Shown here one piece after another: positions 19,351 to 29,617 of a DNA stretch of 64,000 nucleotides (within the stretch, counting starts at the first letter, position 1; each line of letters begins with the position of its first letter). Both the position numbers and the translations under genes were made by a program. The DNA is from an uncultured Azospirillum sp. (lineage in GTDB: Bacteria; Pseudomonadota; Alphaproteobacteria; RF32; CAG-239): assembly GCA_900538765.1 (NCBI GenBank), contig UQAB01000001.1, forward strand, positions 75,679 to 139,678, given 5' to 3'. The notes beneath the pieces were generated by a model. It did not search any database. It was not told the origin of the DNA and was given only the letters and a program-made list of their open reading frames with translations.

Positions 19351-19566
19351 ATGGAATTAATCAAAAAGATAGCCGTTATATTAACACTTGTCGGTGCCCT
19401 GAACTGGGGATTGGTCGGTTTGTTCGGTTTTGACCTGGTTGCCGCTATTTTCGGTATTGGGTCGCTGCTCAGCCGTATCGTATATATTCTGGTAGGTGCA
19501 TCCGCCGTTTACAGTGCCGTCATTTGGTGCCACGGCTGCAAAGTCAAGGACATGGTAAAAAAATAA
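19351..19566 (+). CDS. DUF378-family small membrane protein
   Basis: GALNWGLVGLFGFDLVAAIFG...SRIVYILVGASAVY matches the DUF378 signature. SD TAGGAGATAAAAC. Confidence 0.65.
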   Translation: MELIKKIAVILTLVGALNWGLVGLFGFDLVAAIFGIGSLLSRIVYILVGASAVYSAVIWCHGCKVKDMVKK

Positions 19567-19582
19567 CCGGTCGATAATTCCC

Positions 19583-19620
19583 AAAAAAAACACATTCCCG
19601 GAAGAATGTGTTTTTTTATT
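19583..19620. terminator. bidirectional rho-independent terminator
   Basis: AAAAAAAACACATTCccggaaGAATGTGTTTTTTTATTTT has A/T runs on both sides. Confidence 0.55.
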
Positions 19621-19668
19621 TTGCATTCCTCAGGCAAATGCCTATAATAACCCTGCAAGGAGATAAAC

Positions 19669-19998
19669 ATGGCCAAACCGGAAATAACCCTCTATAATCC
19701 CCAGTCCAAAGACATGCAGACAATACGCCTCGGCTATTCTTTCACCATGCTGCTGTTCGGCTTTTTTGTGCCTTTCTTCCGCCGGGACTGGAAAACCGGC
19801 TTTATCCTCATGCTGTGTGACATTCTGAGTCTGAGCGCCGTTTCCGTCATTTTTGCCTGGTTCTATAATTTTTATGATGTCCGCCGCCTGATAAAAAAAG
19901 GCTATGTCATACAAAAAATCGACGGGATCCTGCCGCCCGAAAAAATGGAAAAACTCAAAGAAACGGCCCGAATGAAAAACATCAATATCTTTGGTTAA
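19669..19998 (+). CDS. hypothetical small membrane protein
   Basis: SD AAGGAGATAAAC. A -10-like TATAAT lies at ~19642. Two hydrophobic segments. No domain recognised. Confidence 0.45.
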   Translation: MAKPEITLYNPQSKDMQTIRLGYSFTMLLFGFFVPFFRRDWKTGFILMLCDILSLSAVSVIFAWFYNFYDVRRLIKKGYVIQKIDGILPPEKMEKLKETARMKNINIFG

Positions 19999-21028
19999 GC
20001 TTTGCCGCGGCGGAAGCTGCTGCCGAAGCAATCTGCATCAGCGTGTAACTAACCACATCCTCAACCGGCATACTATTGCTGCGCGTATCCCGCTCGCATT
20101 TATACAAAAGCTCCAAAACACTGAAAATACGGTCCTTGCTCCATAAGGTCAGCTGCCGTTTAAAACTGTTTTCACGAAAGAAAATAACCCGCGGCGTCAG
20201 CTTCATAACCGCCCTGTCCAGCGTTTCACCACTTTCCATAATCGCAACGCAGTTAAGCAAACGGTTAAAATGATAAACCATGCTGCGGATTATCATTGCT
20301 GGGTCTGTCCCCTCATTAACCAACTTTTGAAAAGCCTGTAAAGTCTTGTCTTTTTGCCCTGCAGCCGCCGAAAAGCAGACATCATCGCTGCTGGAAGAAG
20401 ACGTGTCGCTGATAACTTTGCTCACATCGTCCAAAGTCACATTTTTCTTACTGCCCATATAGGTAATCAGCTTGTCAATTTCACCAAGATTACTCTTGCG
20501 GTCGTTGGATAATCTGGCGCATAAAAGCTGCAACGCGTCATTGCCAATCGTCATACCGTTTTGCAGAAACAGCGATTTAGCCGTCGCATAAATATCCTCG
20601 TCCCGGTCTTCATAACAGGCAACCAGCGCAAAATCCGCCTCATCTTCACCAAGCTTAACCAAAGAAGATTTTTTGTTCAGCGAAGCAGAATAAACGATAA
20701 CCAGCGTATCCGACTTGGCATTTTCAAACAAAGCTTTCAAATGTTTTGTCAGATTGTTGTCGGCATCTTTAATCACGATAACCCGCCGTCCGCCCATCAA
20801 CGACTGCGCGTTAAACTCGCCGATTAAAACGCCGGCATCGCCGATAATGTCTTCACAATTCAGATAAACCACCTGAAACGGATCATAAATATCGGGACAA
20901 ACGGCAGCCGTCAGCTTCTTGACGTATTCATTGACCAAACCGTCGTTGGTTCCGTAAATAATCCAACATTTGATTGACGGCTCCGGTTTCTTGAGATACT
21001 TTTCAATCTGCGCCTGTTTATAAATCAC
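19982..21028 (-). CDS. holA: DNA polymerase III delta subunit
   Basis: HolA-like N-terminus (KCWIIYGTNDGLVNEY...). GTG start. Conserved leuS-lptE-holA order. Confidence 0.8.
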   Translation of the reverse strand: MIYKQAQIEKYLKKPEPSIKCWIIYGTNDGLVNEYVKKLTAAVCPDIYDPFQVVYLNCEDIIGDAGVLIGEFNAQSLMGGRRVIVIKDADNNLTKHLKALFENAKSDTLVIVYSASLNKKSSLVKLGEDEADFALVACYEDRDEDIYATAKSLFLQNGMTIGNDALQLLCARLSNDRKSNLGEIDKLITYMGSKKNVTLDDVSKVISDTSSSSSDDVCFSAAAGQKDKTLQAFQKLVNEGTDPAMIIRSMVYHFNRLLNCVAIMESGETLDRAVMKLTPRVIFFRENSFKRQLTLWSKDRIFSVLELLYKCERDTRSNSMPVEDVVSYTLMQIASAAASAAAKLNQRY

Positions 21029-21566
21029 TTCCGGCTCCCTGCTTGGTTATCAAAGCATGAAAATAAGCGCCGACACGCAGAGAAATATCGTCGGAAATAA
21101 TCTTGGCAGCCTCTTTTTCAGCCTTTTTCTGCGCCATTGTCGTCGAATACGGATTATTCAGAATATCATAACTGACATAAGCAATGCTTTCGCTTTCAAA
21201 CAAAAGCTTATCGCCTTCTTTCATCGAATAGCCGACACGATAAACCGCCATTTCGCGGGTTGCCGAAATATCCTCGCGCAACGCCTGCAAATAAACGTTT
21301 TTGCTGTTTAGTTTGACATACAGGCGATACTTCGGTTTTGACGGAACGCCGGTAGGCGTCAGGTTATCAATCAGGTTGTTGCGGATAAGCTGGCCGAAAC
21401 GGTTGGCAATCGGCTCAACCTTAACCTGCCGCATTTCATCGGAAATGGAAGTATCGAACTTGCTGTTATAATACCAGCCGTCCGTCCGTTCCCGCTGTAC
21501 GTACAAAGGCGAAAAGCCGCAAGCCGAAAGCAATAAAAACATTCCTGCCCAAAGATATTTTTTCAT
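21018..21566 (-). CDS. lptE: LPS-assembly lipoprotein LptE (RlpB)
   Basis: MKKYLWAGMFLLLSACGF has lipobox LSAC. Sits between leuS and holA. Start moved to the internal ATG. Confidence 0.6.
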   Translation of the reverse strand: MKKYLWAGMFLLLSACGFSPLYVQRERTDGWYYNSKFDTSISDEMRQVKVEPIANRFGQLIRNNLIDNLTPTGVPSKPKYRLYVKLNSKNVYLQALREDISATREMAVYRVGYSMKEGDKLLFESESIAYVSYDILNNPYSTTMAQKKAEKEAAKIISDDISLRVGAYFHALITKQGAGSDL

Positions 21567-21605
21567 ATAATCCCTCTTCTTACTTTTTCGCCTTTGCCTG
21601 AGCAA

Positions 21606-24089
21606 CTAAGCCGTAACAATATTAACGATTTTATTCGGTACCACAATCACCTTGCGGATTTCTTTCCCGGTCGTCTGCTTTTGAATATTTTCCAAAGCAA
21701 AAGCCGCTTTTTCAACCTCATCGCGAGCCGCATCTTTAGGCATCTCAATAATACCACGCATTTTTCCGTTCAACTGGACGGCAATGGAAACAATGTTGTC
21801 TTCTGCCAAAGCCGGATCGAAGACCGGCCAAGTCTCGGTAATAGCCAAAGTTCCATGCCCCATTCTGGCCCACATTTCCTCGCACAGGTGCGGCGTAAAC
21901 GGACACAGCAGCTTAATCAGATTTTCATAAAGCTCCGACGCAATCTTCTCTTTGTCAGACAAATAATTGACATAGGTCATCAGGGAAGAAACGGCCGTAT
22001 TGAATTTCATCTGGTCAATACGTTCGGTTACTTCTTTAATGCACTTATGCATTGCCCGCAAATCTTTTTCTTCGGCAACAGCATCTTTATAAACTTTTTT
22101 AAACAGGCCGTAAACCTTGTTAACAAAACGGTAAACGCCCATCAGACTCTCATCCGACCACATAGCGACCTGATCAAACGGCCCGATAAACATCTCATAC
22201 AAACGGAACGTGTCCGCACCGTAAGCATCGACAATCTCATCCGGATTAATAACATTGCCGCGGGATTTTGACATTTTTTCACCGTTTGACGCCAAAATCA
22301 TACCATGCGACGTCCGGCGGTTATAAGGTTCTTTTGTCGGCACATAACCGCAGTCATACAGAAACTTGTGCCAAAAACGGGAATACAGCAGGTGCAGGGT
22401 TGTATGCTCCATGCCGCCGTTGTACCAGTCAACATTCATCCAGTAATCCAAAGCTTCGGGAGAAGCAAACGCTTTGTCGTTGTGCGGATCGCAATAACGC
22501 AGAAAATACCAGGATGACCCGGCCCAGTTCGGCATGGTATCCGTTTCCCGGCGGGCTTTTCCGCCGCATTTCGGACATTTAGCTTCCAACCACACACCGG
22601 CTTTTGACAAAGGCGATTCGCCTTCGTCATTCGGATGATAATCGGGAACTTCCGGCAAAGTCAGCGGCAGTTCGCTTTCATCAATCGGCTGCCAGCCGCA
22701 ATGCTCGCAGTAAACCATCGGAATGGGCTCGCCCCAGTAACGCTGGCGGGAAAAGACCCAATCGCGCAGCTTGTAATTGACTTTAGAATGACCAAAACCG
22801 TTTTCTTCGGCAAACTTAACCGCTGCTTTCATTCCGTCTTCTTTGTTCATACCGTCCATAAAGCCGGAATTGATATGCGCCCCGTCTTCTTCCCAAGCTT
22901 TTTCGGAAATATCGCCGCCTTCCAAAACCTGAACAATCGGCAAATTAAACAGCTTGGCAAAATCATAGTCCCTCTGGTCATGCGCCGGAACCGCCATAAT
23001 TGCTCCCGTTCCGTATCCGGTCAAAACATAATCGGAAATAAAGACCGGAATCATTTTGCCGTTAAACGGATTCTTAGCCTTAATGCCTTTTAATTCCACA
23101 CCGCTTTTACTGTCGTCCATCGTCCGCTGCAAATCAGACTTCTTGGCAGTTTCCGCAACATAAGCCTGAACTTCCTGAGGGTTATCAAAACGGCTCATCA
23201 ACTCCTGAACAAAACGGTGTTCCGGCGCCATAACCATATATGTCACGCCGAAAGCCGTATCCGGCCGGGTCGTAAAGACCGTCATTTTCCGATTCAAATC
23301 CGTGCCGTCATCGGCATACAGGGCAAAATCAAGCTCCGCTCCATAAGACCGGCCAATCCAGTTAATTTGCTGACTTTTAACCCGGTCAATGAAATCCAAA
23401 TCGTCCAAGTCATCAATCAGGCGGTCGGCATATTTGGTAATCGCCACCATCCACTGTTCTTTGTCCCGGCGAACCACCTGCGCGCCGCAGCGTTCGCAGC
23501 AGCCGTTGACAACTTCTTCGTTTGCCAGACCGACCTTGCAGGACGGACACCAGTTAATGGCAATTTTGTCTTTATAAGCCAAACCTTTCTTAAACAGTTG
23601 AATAAACATCCACTGTGTCCATTTATAATATTCCGGGTCACAGGTGGAAATACATCTGTCCCAATCAAAGCTAAAGCCCAAAGATTTCAGCTGGCGGGTA
23701 AAATTCTCAATGTTCGCTTTCGTCGAAACCGCCGGATGAACGCCGGTTTTAATGGCATAGTTTTCAGCCGGAAGGCCAAACGCATCAAACCCCATCGGAT
23801 ACAAAACATTAAATCCCTGCATTCTCTTTTTGCGGGAGATAACGTCCAAAGCCGTATAAGAGCGTGGATGCCCAACGTGCAATCCGGCGCCTGACGGATA
23901 AGGAAATTCCACCAACGCATAAAATTTTTCCTTATTCTTGTCGATATCAACCTTGTAAGCCTTCTCATCTTCCCAGATTTTCTGCCATTTTCCTTCTATT
24001 GTTCTGAAATTATAACGGTCTTCCAGCTGCCATTCCCTCTGCCAGTCTTCAAAAGTTTCTTTACCGTTATATCTAGCCTTGTTTGTCAT
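21606..24089 (-). CDS. leuS: leucyl-tRNA synthetase
   Basis: HVGHPRSY (HIGH-type), KMSKSRGN, CP1 editing domain. 827 aa. Confidence 0.95.
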   Translation of the reverse strand: MTNKARYNGKETFEDWQREWQLEDRYNFRTIEGKWQKIWEDEKAYKVDIDKNKEKFYALVEFPYPSGAGLHVGHPRSYTALDVISRKKRMQGFNVLYPMGFDAFGLPAENYAIKTGVHPAVSTKANIENFTRQLKSLGFSFDWDRCISTCDPEYYKWTQWMFIQLFKKGLAYKDKIAINWCPSCKVGLANEEVVNGCCERCGAQVVRRDKEQWMVAITKYADRLIDDLDDLDFIDRVKSQQINWIGRSYGAELDFALYADDGTDLNRKMTVFTTRPDTAFGVTYMVMAPEHRFVQELMSRFDNPQEVQAYVAETAKKSDLQRTMDDSKSGVELKGIKAKNPFNGKMIPVFISDYVLTGYGTGAIMAVPAHDQRDYDFAKLFNLPIVQVLEGGDISEKAWEEDGAHINSGFMDGMNKEDGMKAAVKFAEENGFGHSKVNYKLRDWVFSRQRYWGEPIPMVYCEHCGWQPIDESELPLTLPEVPDYHPNDEGESPLSKAGVWLEAKCPKCGGKARRETDTMPNWAGSSWYFLRYCDPHNDKAFASPEALDYWMNVDWYNGGMEHTTLHLLYSRFWHKFLYDCGYVPTKEPYNRRTSHGMILASNGEKMSKSRGNVINPDEIVDAYGADTFRLYEMFIGPFDQVAMWSDESLMGVYRFVNKVYGLFKKVYKDAVAEEKDLRAMHKCIKEVTERIDQMKFNTAVSSLMTYVNYLSDKEKIASELYENLIKLLCPFTPHLCEEMWARMGHGTLAITETWPVFDPALAEDNIVSIAVQLNGKMRGIIEMPKDAARDEVEKAAFALENIQKQTTGKEIRKVIVVPNKIVNIVTA

Positions 24090-24108
24090 CTTTCCTCAAC
24101 CTTGTAAA

Positions 24109-24585
24109 TTATCTTGAAATCACATCTCTTCTGAATAAATCTCTCGCCCGGTACAAAATGGCCTTTTCCAGTTCGTCAGCCAATTTGGGATTGGCTTTTT
24201 TATCAACCCAGACGCCGTTTGACAGCTCGCGTTCGAAAACTTCCGCCTTCAACCCGTCTGCCCGCAGTTCGCGCGTATGAATGGTAACCGTCACCTTAAA
24301 CTGTTCATTGGCAGCGCCCGGCATAGACTTCCAGTCGGTAATAATAACACCGCCCTTTGAATCCGCCGACACCAGAGGCATAAAGGACAGCTTATCCAAA
24401 GAAGCCTGCCATAAATACGGATTAACGGCCAAAACCATCGGATTGACGGCTTTCTTTTCTTCAACAGAATTTTCATCCTCCGAAAAAGGATTCAAATCGG
24501 ACCAGTCCGGCATAACCGATTCCACGGAAGCACATCCCGAAACCAAAGTCAAAACGAGCAACATAGCGCTTAGTCTTTTTTTCAT
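24109..24585 (-). CDS. lipoprotein, DUF3576-like
   Basis: MKKRLSAMLLVLTLVSGC lipobox. Adjacent to leuS as in many alphaproteobacteria. The ORF-track start at 24603 is TTG, so the ATG at 24585 is preferred. Confidence 0.5.
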   Translation of the reverse strand: MKKRLSAMLLVLTLVSGCASVESVMPDWSDLNPFSEDENSVEEKKAVNPMVLAVNPYLWQASLDKLSFMPLVSADSKGGVIITDWKSMPGAANEQFKVTVTIHTRELRADGLKAEVFERELSNGVWVDKKANPKLADELEKAILYRARDLFRRDVISR

Positions 24586-24724
24586 CAGCTTGTCTCTTTT
24601 CAAATAACATTATACTGGTTGGACATTATAAGGGGTTTTGCTAAAAAGACAAGTATGTTTAACTTGTAATTAACGCTAAAAGCATTAAAATGAGCCGGTA
24701 AAATAACTTGAGCTTGAAAATAAA

Positions 24725-26011
24725 ATGTCTGATCCGCGCGAACTGGCGTTTTCCGCCATTAAAAACAGCCTCTCCCAAAGAGGATTCCTCACAATCCCCG
24801 CCGCTGACAATCTTTCGGCGGCCGATATACCTTTTGTAAATATGCTGTGCCTGACGGCTGTCCGCAACCTGACCGGAATTCAACTCATATTGAAAGATTT
24901 CCTCAGAAAAAAACTCCCGCCCAAAGCGCGCGATGTCTGGTATCTACTGCTTTTGGGAACAACGGAACTTTTGTATATGAGAACGCCGGACTATGCCGTC
25001 ATCAACAGCTATGTCAACCTGGCCAAAAAACTGACCGACCGCTACGTCGCCAACATGGTTAACGCCGTTCTGCGCAACATCAGCCGACAGAAAGAAGAAC
25101 TCCGGGCTAATGAATATCCTTTTTTCCCGGATAACTTCCGGACAATCCTGAAACAGGACTACGCGCCGGAAACCATAAAAAAAATCGAACAGGCTGCCCG
25201 CAGCGAACCGCCTCTGACCATCAGCGTCAAAAAAGACACGGCAGACTGGGCCCAAAGGCTGAACGGAACACACATCGCCGGCAACAGCCTGAAAATTGAC
25301 AACGCTGGACAAATAACCGCTCTTGACGGATATGCTGACGGCGCATGGTGGGTGCAGGATTTTGCAGCCTCGCTGGCCGTCACTGCCCTTTCCCCGCTTT
25401 CCGGAATGCGGGTACTTGACCTCTGCGCGGCACCCGGCGGCAAAACCGCCCAGCTGTTATCTGCCGGCGCCAATGTAACCTCGCTGGATTCTTCGGCCGA
25501 ACGCCTCAAAACACTGCGGGAAAACATCTCTCGCCTGCAGCTGCCCTTGCCAGAAATTATTAATGACGACGCCGCCCGCTTCCTGCAAAATTATAACGGC
25601 CCAAGATTCGACGCCATTATCCTGGACGCCCCCTGTTCGGCAACCGGCATATTCCGCCGCCACCCCGAACTCATCCATTTTAAAGATAAAAATGACACTG
25701 CCAAGCAAGCCGCGCTGCAGAAAAAAATTCTTGAACAGATTTCCTGCGCCCTCAAACCCGACGGAATCCTGATATATTGTGTTTGTTCCATCGCCAAATG
25801 CGAGGGCGAAAGGCAAATTCGCCGCTTCCTTGAAACGCATCCGGACTTCAAAGCCGTGCCGATAACCGAAAAAGACCTTCACCCCCGCCCCGGCATCAGC
25901 CTGCGCGAATTAATCACCAAGGAAGGTTTTGTCCGCACGCTGCCCTATATGCTTTCCGCTGTTGGCGGCATCGATTCGTTTTTCATTGCCAAACTCCATA
26001 AGGAGAAATAA
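24725..26011 (+). CDS. rsmB: 16S rRNA m5C967 methyltransferase RsmB/Sun
   Basis: N-terminal NusB-like domain and MTase core with DLCAAPGGKT and ILDAPCSATG. Confidence 0.85.
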   Translation: MSDPRELAFSAIKNSLSQRGFLTIPAADNLSAADIPFVNMLCLTAVRNLTGIQLILKDFLRKKLPPKARDVWYLLLLGTTELLYMRTPDYAVINSYVNLAKKLTDRYVANMVNAVLRNISRQKEELRANEYPFFPDNFRTILKQDYAPETIKKIEQAARSEPPLTISVKKDTADWAQRLNGTHIAGNSLKIDNAGQITALDGYADGAWWVQDFAASLAVTALSPLSGMRVLDLCAAPGGKTAQLLSAGANVTSLDSSAERLKTLRENISRLQLPLPEIINDDAARFLQNYNGPRFDAIILDAPCSATGIFRRHPELIHFKDKNDTAKQAALQKKILEQISCALKPDGILIYCVCSIAKCEGERQIRRFLETHPDFKAVPITEKDLHPRPGISLRELITKEGFVRTLPYMLSAVGGIDSFFIAKLHKEK

Positions 26012-26932
26012 ATGACTGAAAACAAGCACAACACCACAGACAACCGGCCTGTATACATCTTGGGCGGCAACGCGCTCGCCTGCTACCTTGGCGCCACACT
26101 GACAAATGCGGGAGAACGCGTCATCCTATTGACCGACGATGTCAAAAAAAACAAGCTAAACTCGCAGGGAATAACTCTCAAAGAAGGCCTGAGAAAAAAA
26201 CATTATACTTTCGAAACCGCCGTTTGGACCAAAGAAGAACCCAAACTGCTCATCATTACATCAGACATCTCCACACTGCATTCAGACTTAAGTGCCCTGA
26301 CCCCGAGCAAAATTTGCAACGCCCCGGTAATCTGTTTCACACTGCTGAAAGACACCGCCTATCTGCGGGATATTCTGGGATGCAATTTTGCCAAAGCCGT
26401 TTTCGATGGCTGGCTCCTGCAAAACAATCAACATATTGCGCTGGCCGATACAACGCCCGCCGTCACGGTCTATACGCCGCTAAACGAAAAATCTGCCGCA
26501 GTCTTAGAAGAATGTTTTATCCAAACCCCGCTCAAATTAACCTTTTCCGAAAACGAATACCAAACTTTCTGGTCGCATTTTACCGTTTATGCCGCCGCCT
26601 CCCTCGTTACCGCGGCTTACAACCAAAACCTGGCGCAAGCCGTCAAAAACAGTAATGCTGCTTATTCCCTGAACATGATAGCGGAAGAATTATGCCGGCT
26701 GGCCGAAGCGGATAAAATAACCCTGTCCCCGGAAGATATGCTGAAACGGCTGTATGACATCCCGGCAGATTACATCTTCCCATTGCAAACGGAAGCACCA
26801 AACGGCAATGCCGGAGAACTCGATACCGTCAGCAGCGTTATCCGTCAGGCTTCGCGCCGATTAAACCTCAAAACGCCGGAAACAAACAACCTGATTCACC
26901 ATATTTATGGCATATACCTTAGCATAACCTGA
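26012..26932 (+). CDS. ketopantoate reductase (ApbA/PanE)-like NAD-binding protein
   Basis: VYILGGNALACYLGATLTNAGERVILL Rossmann motif and an ApbA_C-like C-terminus. SD AAGGAG. Start is 1 nt after the rsmB stop. Confidence 0.5.
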   Translation: MTENKHNTTDNRPVYILGGNALACYLGATLTNAGERVILLTDDVKKNKLNSQGITLKEGLRKKHYTFETAVWTKEEPKLLIITSDISTLHSDLSALTPSKICNAPVICFTLLKDTAYLRDILGCNFAKAVFDGWLLQNNQHIALADTTPAVTVYTPLNEKSAAVLEECFIQTPLKLTFSENEYQTFWSHFTVYAAASLVTAAYNQNLAQAVKNSNAAYSLNMIAEELCRLAEADKITLSPEDMLKRLYDIPADYIFPLQTEAPNGNAGELDTVSSVIRQASRRLNLKTPETNNLIHHIYGIYLSIT

Positions 26933-26999
26933 TATCTCATATTGAAGATTAAGCTCCGCCGGGATATAATCAGTATAAATTTATTGTCGGAACAAAAAA

Positions 27000-28079
27000 A
27001 TGGAAATCAAACTTCTCATCACAGCCATAATTTTTTGCAGCAGCTTTGTTTTAAGCTTCTTCGGCCTAAAGATGTTTCTTAAAACCCAAAGAAACGCCGA
27101 CACGGCGCTTTCCCCGTTTCACAGTATTTTTATTGTTCTCTGCCCACTCATTTTTCTGGCTGCCGCGGCAATATATTTTCAAACGCTGCCTCAGGAAGAT
27201 TTTCTGTACCCGCTGTCCTTCCCCGAAATCTGCTTAGCCGGATGTTTAAGCCTGCTTGTGTATTTTCTTGCTTTCTTTTCACCGCGGCCGCTCTACTCCT
27301 TTTTGGGAATTCTGCTGTCCATGGCCGTCATATCCCTGTTTGTCCCCAGAGAATTTTTGCTTTTTGACGGAAGCCTGCCTTTTGCCGCGGACAGAATTCT
27401 GTTGGTTTTCATTTTCAGCTTCTTCTGTTTCGGCTTCAAATACCTAAACGGCATTGAGGGATTGCTGAACCTTCATTTTATTTTCTCAATGCTTGTAATT
27501 TTTCTGCTGAGCCTGGTGGAAGGCGTCCCGGTTGCACTGGGACTTACAGCTCTGGCGGTCATCGGAATTCTGTCAGCCTTCCAGATTTTCAACGCCTACC
27601 CGGCCAGACTTCAGCTAAACACGGCAGAAAGTGCCGGACTTGGCTTCATTATTACCTGGATAACCCTGAAAGCAACAATCGAGGGCGCCGCCACCTGTTG
27701 CCTGACATTTAACCTGTTTTACATATATACGGTCGCCGCCGCCATCATTGCCAAATTCTCCCTCCGTCCGGACAGACAAAACATAACAACCAACACCGGC
27801 TACTATCGGGCTTTGATAAAAGGCCTGTCGCCGGCGGACATCTGCAGCACAGTCGGCCGGCTGCTGCTGTTCCTGACAATTATCAGCGCTTTCCAGCTAT
27901 ATGCGCCAAACTGGTACTCCATACCTCTCTTTAGCCTGCTTGCCGTCATCTGGTTCTCTGAACAGCTCAAAAACTGGGATAAAAAAAATCCTACGCTCAA
28001 AGAAATTAATAACGATATCTTAAATGAATTTAAGAATAATATTGATGAAATAAAGAATAACCTGCGCAAGGATGACTAA
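27000..28079 (+). CDS. polytopic membrane protein with a degenerate MraY/WecA-like motif
   Basis: About 10 hydrophobic helices. FKYLNGIEGLLN resembles the N..DGIDGL motif of polyprenyl-phosphate sugar transferases with D to N/E substitutions. Confidence 0.4.
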   Translation: MEIKLLITAIIFCSSFVLSFFGLKMFLKTQRNADTALSPFHSIFIVLCPLIFLAAAAIYFQTLPQEDFLYPLSFPEICLAGCLSLLVYFLAFFSPRPLYSFLGILLSMAVISLFVPREFLLFDGSLPFAADRILLVFIFSFFCFGFKYLNGIEGLLNLHFIFSMLVIFLLSLVEGVPVALGLTALAVIGILSAFQIFNAYPARLQLNTAESAGLGFIITWITLKATIEGAATCCLTFNLFYIYTVAAAIIAKFSLRPDRQNITTNTGYYRALIKGLSPADICSTVGRLLLFLTIISAFQLYAPNWYSIPLFSLLAVIWFSEQLKNWDKKNPTLKEINNDILNEFKNNIDEIKNNLRKDD

Positions 28080-28082
28080 CCC

Positions 28083-29444
28083 ATGAAAATTCTCGATTGG
28101 CTCAAAGACCTCATCTTTCCGGTTATTCGGGAAAAAGAAACACCTGAAAATTTCGCCGACTGCCCGCCGATTATCTTCCGGGTCGGCGTCATAGAATTTG
28201 CCGACAATGTCAATGCCGACAGCGGGCTGGCTCTGGCAAAACTCCTTGGCGGCTACGACGACTTAAAGGTTTTTTACTTCGACGAACCTTTCGGAAAAAA
28301 CTTCCTGACGCTTGAAAGCCGCACAATCTTCGACCTGATTGACAAAGGGCAGGACATTATTGACAAGACCAAAACCGATGTCATCATCTGGGGCTATCGC
28401 GAAGGCGACAAAATCCGCCTGAACTTCCAAACCGACAAACAATATGAATATGAAGACAAATCCTTTGTTTCCCTGCTGGACAGTCTTTATATCCCTGCCG
28501 TTTCAGAAGCAAATGCCGCCGTTTTCCCTGAGGCTCTGCTGAACCTGATACACGGAGCCGTTATCAGCGCCGTCACGCCTCCGGACACGGAAACCAGAAT
28601 CTACCGCCGCTATCTGCTGAAAAAAATCATCCATGAATTGACCGTAGACAACTCCGCCAAAAATCTTCCCTCGGAATATATGCCTTATATTATGAACTTT
28701 CTGGGAATCATCTATCTGAGTTACGCTTATGACCAGGAAAACGGCAGAAACTTCAAAACAATATATAACCTTCTGAATACGGCGCTGAAACATCAGGACA
28801 TGATTACCAATCCCATCCACTTGGGCTGCATTTATTATCACATCGGCCAGTTATACGATTCGGCTACCATTTACACAACCCGCAACCCGTCGGGATATTT
28901 CAAAGGCGCTATCGGCTATTACCGTCAGGCACAAAAATACCTGAGCAAATATAACTATCCTTACGACTACGGTTATATCTCTTATAAATTGTCCGGATTG
29001 TTTTTCAATTACTGGAAACAAAAAGAAGACATCCAGGCGCTGCGCGACGCCGTGTTCCAGCTCCGTGAAGCAGAAAAAATATATACCTACGCCCTGTTTC
29101 CTGCCTTTTGGGCTGAAATACAGGGAAAACTGGGACAAATGCTGGCGCTGCTGGGTAACATCACCAAAAGTACGGAAATCTCGGAAATAGCCATTACCGC
29201 TTACCAAAACCGGCAAAAAGTAATCAGCGAAAAAAGATTCCCGCTTCAATGGGGACACCTCCAGGAAAGCATCGGAGAAATCCACTACCAGCTAGGGCAA
29301 AAAGGTGCCGGAGATTCGCACTTTGAAGAAGCCATGGAATATTTCCACGATGCCCTGTATATGTATGAAAACGCCCAAGATACAGCCGGAATAAAAAAAG
29401 TCAAAAACAGTATTAACAAATGCCGGCAGCATCTCCGCAACTAA
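28083..29444 (+). CDS. hypothetical 453-aa helical-repeat (TPR-like) protein
   Basis: Aromatic-rich repeated helices (YYHIGQLYDS..., YYRQAQKYLSKY...). No catalytic motif recognised. Confidence 0.4.
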   Translation: MKILDWLKDLIFPVIREKETPENFADCPPIIFRVGVIEFADNVNADSGLALAKLLGGYDDLKVFYFDEPFGKNFLTLESRTIFDLIDKGQDIIDKTKTDVIIWGYREGDKIRLNFQTDKQYEYEDKSFVSLLDSLYIPAVSEANAAVFPEALLNLIHGAVISAVTPPDTETRIYRRYLLKKIIHELTVDNSAKNLPSEYMPYIMNFLGIIYLSYAYDQENGRNFKTIYNLLNTALKHQDMITNPIHLGCIYYHIGQLYDSATIYTTRNPSGYFKGAIGYYRQAQKYLSKYNYPYDYGYISYKLSGLFFNYWKQKEDIQALRDAVFQLREAEKIYTYALFPAFWAEIQGKLGQMLALLGNITKSTEISEIAITAYQNRQKVISEKRFPLQWGHLQESIGEIHYQLGQKGAGDSHFEEAMEYFHDALYMYENAQDTAGIKKVKNSINKCRQHLRN

Positions 29445-29480
29445 AAAACCATCGCCATCCCCAGAACATAACTTTTATCT

Positions 29481-29612
29481 TTAGCCGCTGTAAAAGTTTG
29501 GAGTTTGAGACTAGTAGTAAGAAACTAGAGAAACCGCGACAGGAGTGTACACAATAGTACATGACTTAGCGGTTTACTCGCTGTTTCTGTACTAATAGCC
29601 CAAAATACGAAC
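29481..29612. repeat. family-A structured repeat, single copy
   Basis: CTTAGCCGCTGTAAAAGTTTGGAGTTTGAGACTAGTAGTAAGAAAC...AAACCGCgacaGGAGTGTACACAATAGTACATGACttaGCGGTTT...GTTTCTGTACTAATAGCCCAAAATACGA. Inner stem AAACCGC/GCGGTTT. Confidence 0.65.
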
Positions 29613-29617
29613 TTTTA

